From a virus, in IMG/VR virus record IMGVR_UViG_2509601031_000003: a stretch of DNA of 64,000 nucleotides. The stretch is one strand, 5' to 3'. The notes beneath the pieces were generated by a model. It worked only from the letters and a program-made list of their open reading frames with translations. It did not search any database and had not been told where the DNA came from. Position 1 is the first letter of the stretch. Every line of letters starts with the position of its first letter. Shown here one piece after another: positions 46,210 to 54,992 of this stretch. The position numbers and the translations under genes were made by a program.

Positions 46210-46383
46210 TCAGCATTTTTGTTTCAAATCGGACACGCTGTCCGTTTTCAAAATCCTTCTGGGTATCCACCACAGCCTGCTTTCGTCCGGGAATTCGCAG
46301 AGAACAATAGCCGTTCCTAACTCTTTGACGATCGCCCGTCTGCCAGATGGGGTTATCACGTGATCGCCGATGCTAAGCTGCAT
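46210..46383 (-). CDS. 57-aa KOW/SH3-like protein
   Basis: Manual translation MQLSIGDHVITPSGRRAIVKELG...KTDSVSDLKQKC. Confidence 0.5.
   Translation of the reverse strand: MQLSIGDHVITPSGRRAIVKELGTAIVLCEFPDESRLWWIPRRILKTDSVSDLKQKC
46226..46248. repeat. 23-bp palindrome copy 17
   Basis: AAATCGGACA-CGC-TGTCCGTTTT. Confidence 0.95.
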
Positions 46384-46963
46384 TGTTTCTGATTCTGAGG
46401 TCGATCGCGTTACCTTGTTCGTCTGTCACAATCTCAATGTCTGAGCAACCCTTAGCCCACTTGATCGCAATCAGTCGGCGCTTAAGATCGTGAAACCGTT
46501 GAAGCATACCCTCTAGGATATCGTCCAAGGTCCTCTGATGTTTCGGTTCAGCTTCCGCTGCTACCTCCGGCAGCGTCGCAAAAAACTGCCTGCTTGCGGC
46601 TAACCACTCCGAATCGGTGATACCGATTGCAACTTCAGGTGATGGTGGTCTACTCAACGCTTCTCGATGCGAGATCGCGATCGCTTCTTCGATAAACACG
46701 ATCGGAGCAGGAAATCTTTCTTCTGTCCAATCGCAGAAGATACTTTTGCAAACCTGGGTGAAGCGCTCAGCGGAAATGTCTTTCAGAAATTCGTAATAGG
46801 CATCAATCAGCTCAGCAGACACATCGGGGAAGCGGAGCGCGAGATATTGCATTTGATTGCGAAATTCTTCGATATTCATGATGTTTTTAAGAGGAGATAT
46901 CGTTAGGGGTGGAAGAGTGGGAATCGCGGTGAAGGCTTCTTGTTCTTCTGAACTAAGCTGCAT
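46373..46963 (-). CDS. Helicase loader/inhibitor-like protein (paralog 3)
   Basis: EFRNQMQYL...DAYYEFLKDI...RFPAP. Confidence 0.5.
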   Translation of the reverse strand: MQLSSEEQEAFTAIPTLPPLTISPLKNIMNIEEFRNQMQYLALRFPDVSAELIDAYYEFLKDISAERFTQVCKSIFCDWTEERFPAPIVFIEEAIAISHREALSRPPSPEVAIGITDSEWLAASRQFFATLPEVAAEAEPKHQRTLDDILEGMLQRFHDLKRRLIAIKWAKGCSDIEIVTDEQGNAIDLRIRNNAA

Positions 46964-47240
46964 TTTGAGACTTGTCCAGTGCTCTTAACTCGATCGCGGT
47001 ATTGATGAAATCTTTGGGAGAGGGGAAGTGCGCGATACAGAAGAAATAATCCGCAATCTCGATAAATTCTTCGGTCGTGATTGGCGTTGCCAAGGCTTCT
47101 GCTGCTCGATTTCCTGATAGCGACTCGTAGTAAGCAGCAAGGGTCTCGGCTTTCAACAGCGGTCTTTGATTCAGGTCGCAGAGCAGAGCCATTTTCTCGA
47201 AGAATACATCCTTGTCAATCCCTTGATGGTTATGCAGCAT
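46953..47240 (-). CDS. Helicase loader/inhibitor-like protein (paralog 2)
   Basis: VFFEKMALL...AAYYESL...HFPSPKDFI. Confidence 0.5.
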   Translation of the reverse strand: MLHNHQGIDKDVFFEKMALLCDLNQRPLLKAETLAAYYESLSGNRAAEALATPITTEEFIEIADYFFCIAHFPSPKDFINTAIELRALDKSQNAA

Positions 47241-47640
47241 AGTCCTGCTCGTTCTGAGTTTTTAGGTTAGCTGCCGGGTCGATTTCGCTTAGTCTCTGCC
47301 CTTCGGAGTTCATATTCATACCAAGGCTAAGTCCCTTGATTTTTTCAAAGAATTTTTTACGCTCAGCCTGCCAAGCAGGATCATTCGTGTCAATTTCTGC
47401 TTCTGGTAGCGCTAGCAGCTCATTCTGGCGGCGATAAACGTGTCCTAGGTCAATTAGTTCCTTCACGGACGGGAACGCGGATCCATCGCGGAATATGCGG
47501 CGAGCAGCAAAAGTGAATTCTTCATCACTCAACCCGCTAAGTGCGGAGTAGTATTCCGCGATCGTAGGTTCGCTGAAATTCCGATTGAATCGCTCGGTCA
47601 GGATGAGAAAGTATTTTTGAAAAACGTGCGGTGTAATCAT
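47230..47640 (-). CDS. Helicase loader/inhibitor-like protein (paralog 1)
   Basis: VFQKYFLIL...AEYYSALSGL...AFPSVKELI; coupled to initiator. Confidence 0.55.
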   Translation of the reverse strand: MITPHVFQKYFLILTERFNRNFSEPTIAEYYSALSGLSDEEFTFAARRIFRDGSAFPSVKELIDLGHVYRRQNELLALPEAEIDTNDPAWQAERKKFFEKIKGLSLGMNMNSEGQRLSEIDPAANLKTQNEQDYAA

Positions 47641-48623
47641 AGCGCTGTAAGTTCGGTTGAGTTGTTTACAGAGGCAATGGACGCAATCGCTCGTCCGATG
47701 TGGTTGTAAGTCTCCAAGCCTTTTCGGTTGGCAGTGTTCAATCCTTGGGTGAAGTCGCCGTTCTTCATCTCAAGAAAATCATCCCAGTCGAGTTGATTCT
47801 TCTTGATTCCTTTCTCGGTTTCCTCGTTGTTCAAGATGTGCCTTGCACCCTTCGAGCGAGCGGGCATATCACCAGGGGGGAATCGTCTTCCAACAAACTC
47901 AGCAAACTCTGGGTCAGGCTGCCCGTTAGGTTGCTGCCAAGGGTGCAAATTTCCTGAAATGCGCTGGTGAAAGCGAATCGTCGGCGAAATGTAATTCGAT
48001 GATTTTTTTGGCGGCGCGGCGGAAATTTGGTCATCCCGAACTAATTCAGTTTCACAACGAGCGGACTGATGTGGGCTTGGAATCGAAGCGAATGTTTCGG
48101 GGTTGGTCTCAAGTTTGGTTTTGTCGATCGTTGGCAAACTTTCTTCCCCCTCTCTTTCCCCTTGGGGGGTTAGGGGGGAGTTATTTGTTATCTCAGTACT
48201 TGTTGGAATAGTACTTATTATGTGATCCGGTTTTCCGTCGATGGAAAACCCGGACACGGAAAACCGGGTTATGGCTTCCGGCTCCATAACCCGGTTTTCG
48301 GGTTGTGGCTCATCATCTTCGATTGACGCAGGTTGCTCCCTGACGATGGATTCCCAGTAAAACTGCTTTGTTTCAGGATCTTTCCTTCTTTCTCGTGAGA
48401 TATACCCTGATTCTTCCAGTTCTTTCAGTGCCGACGCGATCGCGGTTTTCCCGTCACACTCTGATTCACTTTCGAGATGCTTAATGTTTACCTTCCAGTC
48501 GTCTGGATAGCTCAGTAAAAGGTGATGCAATCCTCTAGCCTTAAAGCTTAGTTTTTTGTCTCTGATTGCCCGATTTGATATGACCGTGTAAGATTTTTCG
48601 TGCTTGATCCGCAAGATACTCAT
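47637..48623 (-). CDS. Phage replication initiator (N-terminal wHTH)
   Basis: YTVISNRAIRDKKLSFKARGLHHLLLSYPDDW...IASALKELEESGYISR. Confidence 0.85.
   Translation of the reverse strand: MSILRIKHEKSYTVISNRAIRDKKLSFKARGLHHLLLSYPDDWKVNIKHLESESECDGKTAIASALKELEESGYISRERRKDPETKQFYWESIVREQPASIEDDEPQPENRVMEPEAITRFSVSGFSIDGKPDHIISTIPTSTEITNNSPLTPQGEREGEESLPTIDKTKLETNPETFASIPSPHQSARCETELVRDDQISAAPPKKSSNYISPTIRFHQRISGNLHPWQQPNGQPDPEFAEFVGRRFPPGDMPARSKGARHILNNEETEKGIKKNQLDWDDFLEMKNGDFTQGLNTANRKGLETYNHIGRAIASIASVNNSTELTAL
48181..48299. promoter_or_regulatory. Putative replication origin inside initiator gene
   Basis: Four GAAAACC(C)GG copies (48227, 48243, 48258, 48290; two per strand), perfect 16-bp IR 48259-48274/48284-48299, adjacent AT-rich tract. 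Confidence 0.55.
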
Positions 48624-48725
48624 ACAGCGCCTCCATTGATTCTTGCGATCGCTTCTCTGCCCAAAGCCCGAAAAACAGGTATGATCTTGTGATCTCGATG
48701 GTGTCTCATGTTATTTTTTAAGTAA

Positions 48726-48777
48726 TTGTGGTCTGCAAGTTGTGGTCTGCAAGTTGTGAACAGCAAGTTGTGCCTCG
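48726..48777. repeat. 14-bp tandem repeat
   Basis: TTGTGGTCTGCAAG x2, TTGTGAACAGCAAG, partial TTGTGCCTCG. Confidence 0.8.
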
Positions 48778-49054
48778 TGTCTCATGAACTAAGCATTGTG
48801 AATCGTGCTTTGCGAATCGTGAATCGTGATTAGCAATTAGCTGCTGAGTGATTGGTAACTGTTTCCGCGCTTCTGTACTTTTGGATTTCTAAGTTCCTGA
48901 CCCGATCGTTCTAAGCGATCGGGTTTTTGATTTTTAGTCCTTCGATAGTTCGTAGTGCTAACCTGATTAGACAGATTAGCAAGAAATCTGATTGTCGATC
49001 GACAGTTAATCTTGCGGCTCAATCCCGAATACGGAAGTTCTAAACTGGGGCAGG

Positions 49055-49531
49055 TCAACTGCCCTTTTCTGTGGCTAGCTCCGACTCGTGAGCCACATCT
49101 TGAAAACGCTTCGCCCGATCGCTGAATTCCACAAAATAAGTGAAACCCGGATACTTCCAAAATGTATTGCTCACTGTTTCGGCATAGAGAATCGCTTGAA
49201 CAATGCCTGATTCGCGATCGCTCGTTACAACCTGCTGTCCGACGGAGAACTGCGGCAGCAGAATCGAAGTACTACCCGCCTCAGCGATCCCGTCAATGTC
49301 GTCTTGGTGAATGATGCTGATTGAGTCTTTGCCTTCCAAGTGATAATGCCAGCCCGGATAGCTGCTCTCAGCAAAGGCAATTTCGGGGCGGGTGAAATAC
49401 ATCCCGCATATTCTGGCTGTTTTCTTGCCGAATCGAACGGTCTGCCAAAGGTGATATTTGGGCGCGGGAAAGGGATGATCCAGCAGGGCTTTGAGGTTTA
49501 ACTCGAATTCGGTTAAGTTGGATTGAGACAT
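49055..49531 (-). CDS. Tandem SH3/KOW-like two-domain protein
   Basis: Fusion-like counterpart of 25243-25584 plus 25875-26105. Confidence 0.6.
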   Translation of the reverse strand: MSQSNLTEFELNLKALLDHPFPAPKYHLWQTVRFGKKTARICGMYFTRPEIAFAESSYPGWHYHLEGKDSISIIHQDDIDGIAEAGSTSILLPQFSVGQQVVTSDRESGIVQAILYAETVSNTFWKYPGFTYFVEFSDRAKRFQDVAHESELATEKGS

Positions 49532-49597
49532 AACGACCTCGGTTTGTTTTGTTGAGAAGGCGCGATCTTGTAGTTGACGCTAGATGCGATCGCGCCC

Positions 49598-49620
49598 ATT
49601 TCGGACACGCTGTCCGATTT
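49598..49620. repeat. 23-bp palindrome copy 18
   Basis: ATTTCGGACA-CGC-TGTCCGATTT. Confidence 0.95.
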
Positions 49621-49630
49621 GATTGAGCAG

Positions 49631-49999
49631 CTAATCGTCGAAAACTTCTTCGGGTGGCTCCAAACCAATTTGCAAATCTTCTTCCTCGCTCTCGATCGTT
49701 GCTCCTTCAATCAGAATTGCTCCCGAAGATCTCGGATACACATCGCCAAACGGTTTTGAGGTTTTGGGATTGTGCAGTCGGATATCAGAAAGCTTTTTCC
49801 GAAACGGGCGCGGACTAGATTCGGAAACGATTAACACCTCTCCGATTCGGGGTCGTAATCGACTAGGAATTGAAATCGACTTGTTGCTTGGGTCGAAGAT
49901 GGAATACCCACTGATCCAATGCTCTACAATTTCGCGGGTGTTTAAGTCAGAGACACAGTGACGGACATCGACCTTGGTTCCTGGGCTGAAATTTGACAT
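49631..49999 (-). CDS. Hypothetical protein
   Basis: 122-aa ORF. Confidence 0.5.
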   Translation of the reverse strand: MSNFSPGTKVDVRHCVSDLNTREIVEHWISGYSIFDPSNKSISIPSRLRPRIGEVLIVSESSPRPFRKKLSDIRLHNPKTSKPFGDVYPRSSGAILIEGATIESEEEDLQIGLEPPEEVFDD

Positions 50000-50048
50000 A
50001 GAAAACTTACCCCTCGGTTGAGGGGTTCGATTGTGAGATTTAAGGGAG

Positions 50049-50609
50049 TTACGCGATCTCTTCTACGCGGCCGGATTGGCAGTGGTACAAGTCAATCCGG
50101 GTGTAACTGTTTTCAGGACTGTTAGGCGCGATCGACTGATAGCGATCAATCACCCATTCGTTCGGCGTGACCTTCATGACCTCGCTTTCAATGTCATCCA
50201 CGACGATGTATTTCTGCCCGGTTCCCTCATAATCAGCCAATCGTTCACCAATACGATTCTCAGCCCAGTCCGCGTCACTGATTCCCCACTCCACAACGTG
50301 TAGGTCTGGGGTTAAGCAAAACGATAGAGCCGCTTCTGGGAAGAACTCTTTTCGGATTTCGGTACACCAAATTTCTGCGGGCGGGGTTGGCAGGCTGGCT
50401 AAAGCGATCCAAGCAACAGAGAGGATGCCGTATTGCTCAACACTGATCACTCTCCACGGTCTTAGACTGCCAATTAAAACTTCGTCTCCAACTTGAGGTG
50501 GGGACTGTTTCAGGAGTACGCCAGGTTCTTCATTCAGGCTCTCATCCCGCTGTTTCTCGACAAGCATCTCATAGAACACGAGGCTAGTTGTCTCGTCCAT
50601 AACGATCAT
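50049..50609 (-). CDS. Hypothetical protein
   Basis: Acidic ORF; start uncertain. Confidence 0.5.
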   Translation of the reverse strand: MIVMDETTSLVFYEMLVEKQRDESLNEEPGVLLKQSPPQVGDEVLIGSLRPWRVISVEQYGILSVAWIALASLPTPPAEIWCTEIRKEFFPEAALSFCLTPDLHVVEWGISDADWAENRIGERLADYEGTGQKYIVVDDIESEVMKVTPNEWVIDRYQSIAPNSPENSYTRIDLYHCQSGRVEEIA

Positions 50610-50973
50610 CTCCGTAGTAGTTATCTGTTGCATCCGACCCTTCAAAAACACACTTCCAGGAGAGTGGACCTCCAACACGCTCTGTTTTCCGTAGTCTGAG
50701 CTGTCTCCCTTCATTTTTAAATCTTCGTGCCATGTCTTGGCATCCTTGCTCGGTCGCGGCGTAATGCACCTCTCTTTGCCCTGGGATGTTGCCAGGATCT
50801 TCAGAGATATTGAAAGCTGGCGGGGCGATCGGCGCGGATCTTGATGGAGCATCCGAATAGCCGCTGCCCCCACCTCCGACCGGAACGGGTACGGTGAATT
50901 CGTTCTTCTCGCAGGCGGATAGCAGAAGAATTCCCGCTATTAAAAAAGCGGGCTTTGGTGCAAAAATAGACAC
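50584..50973 (-). CDS. Putative lipoprotein
   Basis: Signal peptide with lipobox LLLSAC; GGAGG RBS. Confidence 0.65.
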   Translation of the reverse strand: MSIFAPKPAFLIAGILLLSACEKNEFTVPVPVGGGGSGYSDAPSRSAPIAPPAFNISEDPGNIPGQREVHYAATEQGCQDMARRFKNEGRQLRLRKTERVGGPLSWKCVFEGSDATDNYYGDDRYGRDN

Positions 50974-51065
50974 AAGACCTCCTTAAGGTTGATGAAGGCG
51001 ATCGCGACTCTTTGGACGGATGAGCGATCGCTTTTTGATTGGGCTAATTTTTGGGGCGCGACTTT

Positions 51066-51608
51066 CTAGTTGGCGGAAAATTCAACGCCGAAGTCTGTGT
51101 TTAAAACTTTTTCAATCAATCTCAATGTTTCAACAGACAGAGATTGTCGCTCATCCTCAATGCGATACCAGTTCTGAACAGACATGCCAGCGGCAGCGGC
51201 AATCTGCGTAACCGCTCTACCATCTGCTTTCCTGGCCGCCCTAATTCTTTTTCCAAGTTCAGGGACTTCAATCTCGACTGTTTTGTAAACAGTGGTAAAG
51301 CCCTTGGATTCGATAGATGCTCCGTTTAGTGGTGGGCTGAAATGTCCTATCAGAGCTTTTTCAACTTCAGGCAGTAATGAGGAGTCGCTAACAGACAGGT
51401 ATGCGATTCTCGAACCCGAAGACTGATTTAGCTGGTCAAATCGGTGATGCTGCTGCCACCTGTGGCGAAGGTTTGACGCTCGCCCGATGTACTGCACTGC
51501 ATCTTCACCGTCGATCGCGAAGTAGATGCACGGTGTTTCCGGCAACTGCGATCGCTGCTCTAGTGGAACGAAAGGTAAATCAAGAGGGTTGATTTCTGTG
51601 GGATTCAT
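51066..51608 (-). CDS. GIY-YIG + XRE-HTH fusion
   Basis: CIYFAI...YIGRASNLRHRW...FSPPLN followed by RIRAARKADGRAVTQIAAAAGMSVQNWYRIE. Confidence 0.85.
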   Translation of the reverse strand: MNPTEINPLDLPFVPLEQRSQLPETPCIYFAIDGEDAVQYIGRASNLRHRWQQHHRFDQLNQSSGSRIAYLSVSDSSLLPEVEKALIGHFSPPLNGASIESKGFTTVYKTVEIEVPELGKRIRAARKADGRAVTQIAAAAGMSVQNWYRIEDERQSLSVETLRLIEKVLNTDFGVEFSAN

Positions 51609-51611
51609 AAC

Positions 51612-51902
51612 TTACTCTCTCGGAACTTTGATGAGAAGATCCCCTACTTCGATACCGAAAAAGTCGCAGATCACAACAAGCGTGTCCGCGTCAAAACGTT
51701 TTGTAGTGTTATCGCATAGTCCGCGAATTGCCGCGGGTGTTAAACCTGTCTGCTCTGACAGGGCAGAGCGTGTTATCTCCTGAGCATCCAAATACTCTTG
51801 GAGACGGCAATAAACCTTGTTCTTTGACTGGCGCACGGCTGGTCTATCGTCTCTTTTGGTGAATTTGGGAGGAACAGGAGGAGTCATTAGCGTCGAAACC
51901 AT
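51612..51902 (-). CDS. XRE/Cro-like HTH regulator
   Basis: ITRSALSEQTGLTPAAIRGL...LVVICDFFGIEVGDLL. Confidence 0.85.
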   Translation of the reverse strand: MVSTLMTPPVPPKFTKRDDRPAVRQSKNKVYCRLQEYLDAQEITRSALSEQTGLTPAAIRGLCDNTTKRFDADTLVVICDFFGIEVGDLLIKVPRE

Positions 51903-51987
51903 AAGCTTTTTTTCTCCTGTCTATTGTCGATTACTATATTAGCCTGATTATCGATTTGTCAATAAATGCTTTTATTCGTTTAACCAC

Positions 51988-52017
51988 TTGACGATTAATC
52001 GACAAATCGCTTACTAT
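51988..52017 (+). promoter_or_regulatory. Sigma70-type promoter
   Basis: TTGACG-18 nt-TACTAT, divergent from HTH gene. Confidence 0.5.
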
Positions 52018-52104
52018 TAAAAACAAGAGAGGGCAGTTGCTTCCACCGCCAAGTTTTAGCAACCACCCTCAAGTTCTGACCCCTAAACAGGAGTTATTCC
52101 AATA

Positions 52105-52464
52105 ATGCCACAAACAACCGTTCTACTCGACAGACCCAAGCACATCGCCGCTGACGCGCAGTCAGCACCGACGAACCGTCTCGAAATCGACCACACGCTA
52201 GGCAAGATCGCAGCTATCAAACACGGCTCTGCGACGACTTACACGCTGGAATGGGGCGGTCACTATCTCGGAGAAACGGTTCAGGGCGCTGACAAGCTTT
52301 TCTACGTCGGTACGGGTCAAGGCTACACGCTACCCGAAGCCGCTCACTATCTTCTGATTCAGTTTCTCGACAAAATTCGCCTGAGCAATGAGTGGGCTTA
52401 CAACCAACTTATACGGCAAGAATCTCCGGCGACCGATACCGAGATCGAGCAGTTCTGCAGGTAA
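52105..52464 (+). CDS. Hypothetical protein (paralog of 24852-25163)
   Basis: CAGGAG RBS; near-identical core to 24852-25163. Confidence 0.7.
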   Translation: MPQTTVLLDRPKHIAADAQSAPTNRLEIDHTLGKIAAIKHGSATTYTLEWGGHYLGETVQGADKLFYVGTGQGYTLPEAAHYLLIQFLDKIRLSNEWAYNQLIRQESPATDTEIEQFCR

Positions 52465-52640
52465 TGTCGCTCCACCCAGTCGGGCACTGGATCTCGTTAT
52501 CTAGTGCCCTCACAGAACTCGAGTCCTGGGAACGCGAAGCAAAACTTCTCGGCTTCGGCTCCGCTTACCTCGGATTCAACCGCCGTCACTGGACAGTGTT
52601 AGCCACGCCAGATTTGATAAACGTCGTCTTACCCTTCTAA
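52464..52640 (+). CDS. Hypothetical protein
   Basis: TAATG coupling. Confidence 0.45.
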   Translation: MSLHPVGHWISLSSALTELESWEREAKLLGFGSAYLGFNRRHWTVLATPDLINVVLPF

Positions 52641-52667
52641 ATCACTTCATTACTCAGACTTGTCATC

Positions 52668-52949
52668 ATGTTGAACCCTAAAATTTTGCCGATCGCTCTC
52701 GCCGCCTTCTCGATTTTCGCTTCTGCTCCGGCCCTTGCTCAGGCTGCTCAACCTGCTAAAGTCACGGCTGACTGTAATGTGTCTCGCGATGGCACGATCG
52801 CGGTTTGTGTTCGCAAAGTGAACGGTGAGATTGTCCGTGTCCGCGCCATTGAAAACGGTAAGGAACGGATCATCTATCAGCGCGGAACTAAGCCCGCTAA
52901 ATCCAAGCCCGTCCTGTTCAAGCCTATCGGTGCTCCCAAAGGCAATTAA
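52668..52949 (+). CDS. Small secreted protein
   Basis: Signal peptide ILPIALAAFSIFASAPALAQA. Confidence 0.6.
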   Translation: MLNPKILPIALAAFSIFASAPALAQAAQPAKVTADCNVSRDGTIAVCVRKVNGEIVRVRAIENGKERIIYQRGTKPAKSKPVLFKPIGAPKGN

Positions 52950-53172
52950 TCGCGGCTAGTTTAGCCTCCTCGTCGTGTGTTCCTGCCCCGGTCATCTACT
53001 TACAGGAAAGAAGTCATGCGATTGTCATTTGAGCCATTGATTGAAGAGCTTTCGGATGCCGCTCTCGAAGCAGTTGGACTAACTAAATCAGATGTCGAAG
53101 ACGAAGACGAATAGCATTTCAGGTCAGTCGCTTTGTTCCCGCCCATCAACTACTCTCTACAGGAATTAGAAA

Positions 53173-53673
53173 ATGAGCACGATCGCTGAACTTCAAGAAC
53201 AAGTCGCTACACTCAAACAGACCTTAGAAAAGTATCGCGTCTGCCCTGTATACAATGTTTTGACTCGCCCCGCGCTCGAAGAAGCGTGGTCAGAGCAGAA
53301 AAAGATCCCTGGACTCGCGATAGGATTTCTCGACATCGATGATCTCAAGCGTATGAACGATGAGCTAGGTCAACACGAGTCGAGCCGTAGAATCGCAGAA
53401 GCCTTCGCAATGGCAAGAGAGAGCGAGGTTATTGGCAGGTTCTATAGCGGTGATGAAGTCGCGATTTTGGCTCCAGCTTCTGAAATTCTTAAGCCATGCG
53501 AACGCATTCTTTCTGCACTGAAGGAACGAGGGCTATCGGCAACTATCGTGATCGTCCCCTACAAAGGGGAAGAGTCTTTAGCGGACGCGACCAAAGAAGC
53601 GAACGACCTGAATCAAGCCTGCAAGGGAGTTCGCAAGGGCAAGATCTACAATTTCTTGTCTCAGATTGTTTAG
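53173..53673 (+). CDS. Minimal GGDEF-domain protein
   Basis: FLDIDDLKRMNDELG and RFYSGDEVAIL. Confidence 0.8.
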   Translation: MSTIAELQEQVATLKQTLEKYRVCPVYNVLTRPALEEAWSEQKKIPGLAIGFLDIDDLKRMNDELGQHESSRRIAEAFAMARESEVIGRFYSGDEVAILAPASEILKPCERILSALKERGLSATIVIVPYKGEESLADATKEANDLNQACKGVRKGKIYNFLSQIV

Positions 53674-53748
53674 TTCAAGTTAGCGCGATCGATAATCTTC
53701 GGATTTGTCGATCGCGCTCTATCCACATCAAACCAACCTCAAAAAACA

Positions 53749-54018
53749 ATGCTGCACCCACAAGACTTTGAAAAACCAACTAAGCACCCTTTTGATATGC
53801 TGCGAGGCTACCGAAACGCATGTCAAAAGGAATCTCTACTCGCCTGGATGCTCTCTCAATGTGTTGAGGCTGGAGAGTGGATCGCGATTCCCTGCCAGTA
53901 TCAACACGATGATTTAGTGAAAGACGAAATCCTGATTCCAACTGAACAGGAGTGTTGCTATCGTCTTAGCAAAAAAGCGAAAGGGCTGCTGTATAGCGTC
54001 TACGGCAAAGAAGATTGA
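53749..54018 (+). CDS. Hypothetical protein
   Basis: Between hairpin repeats. Confidence 0.55.
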   Translation: MLHPQDFEKPTKHPFDMLRGYRNACQKESLLAWMLSQCVEAGEWIAIPCQYQHDDLVKDEILIPTEQECCYRLSKKAKGLLYSVYGKED

Positions 54019-54060
54019 TTCAAAACAAGCGCGATCGATGATTTTTTGGAGTGCTAATTC

Positions 54061-54258
54061 ATGGTAAGACGCAGAAAAAAGATTGAAGTCATCCACACTC
54101 CCTGTAAGCGTTGCGGATGCGATCTAGTAACGACTAGCAGATCAATCCATGGAGCAGACGTGCTGAAAGCCGAACTCGGCTCAATCTGTGAGCGGTGCAT
54201 CACCCCAGAAGAACGTGAGCGCATTCTTCACGGGATTGCAAATCAAATTCTCAGCTAA
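54061..54258 (+). CDS. Small CxxC...CxxC protein
   Basis: CKRCG...CERC. Confidence 0.55.
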   Translation: MVRRRKKIEVIHTPCKRCGCDLVTTSRSIHGADVLKAELGSICERCITPEERERILHGIANQILS

Positions 54259-54324
54259 TCCCAAGCGCGATCGATAATCTTCGGATTTGTCGATCGCTTC
54301 CCCTCACTACAAACCGTTACAACC

Positions 54325-54639
54325 ATGCAAAAAGTCACAATCAAAGCCTTGTTTCAACAGAGCCTTACAGAACTGGAAGAACAGTACAGACTGAAAGCGG
54401 ACTTTCCATCAGAAGAGGGAGAAACTTGGAGTTTTGCTGCGATTTATCGCATAAAGGGCGGGCTGGATGTCTTGGTGGATCTCATAAGTTGTCCGCTGAA
54501 CGCGGAAGAGATTAGTGAGGTCTATCACTGGCAGGCTGAGTTGTTTGAACTCGATCCCGCCTACCAGCGGGAAGCTGAAGCGTACAAATCCAGAAAGAAA
54601 ATCTTGGAAGATTTTGTTTCTAAATTAGACGATCGATGA
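54325..54639 (+). CDS. Hypothetical protein
   Basis: Between hairpin repeats. Confidence 0.55.
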   Translation: MQKVTIKALFQQSLTELEEQYRLKADFPSEEGETWSFAAIYRIKGGLDVLVDLISCPLNAEEISEVYHWQAELFELDPAYQREAEAYKSRKKILEDFVSKLDDR

Positions 54640-54686
54640 TCTTCGGGTTCGTCGATCGCTTCCCACCTCAACAGCAAAATCAAGCT

Positions 54687-54929
54687 ATGAGTATTAGAAC
54701 CCAAGAACATTACGAAGCTCTTAGAAACTTAATCGGGTATATCGGCATGACAGAAGTTTTAGAAGCTCTGTCAGAAATCGCTCAGAGCCATGCCGATGTT
54801 CAGTCCAATACTGGTCAAAGCGTCGGAGCAAGCAAGCTGCTTGCCGCTGAACTGAGTAATCTTGCCGCACGATACGCTTACGAGCGTGGCTTTGAGATTC
54901 ACTCCAGGTCGCAGGGTGGCGAAGACTAA
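54687..54929 (+). CDS. Hypothetical protein
   Basis: Start MSIRTQE after hairpin. Confidence 0.55.
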   Translation: MSIRTQEHYEALRNLIGYIGMTEVLEALSEIAQSHADVQSNTGQSVGASKLLAAELSNLAARYAYERGFEIHSRSQGGED

Positions 54930-54969
54930 TTAGCGCGATCGATGATTGGATTTGTCGATCGCTTCCTCC

Positions 54970-54992
54970 AAATCGGTCACGCTGTCCGATTT
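54970..54992. repeat. 23-bp palindrome copy 19
   Basis: AAATCGGTCA-CGC-TGTCCGATTT. Confidence 0.95.

Larger units (their letters stand above)
53683..54962. repeat. Repeated intergenic hairpin GCGATCGAT(A/G)ATCTTCGGATTTGTCGATCGC
   Basis: Full copies 53683-53717, 54265-54297, 54629-54659, 54933-54962; half copy 54029-54050. Confidence 0.85.
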
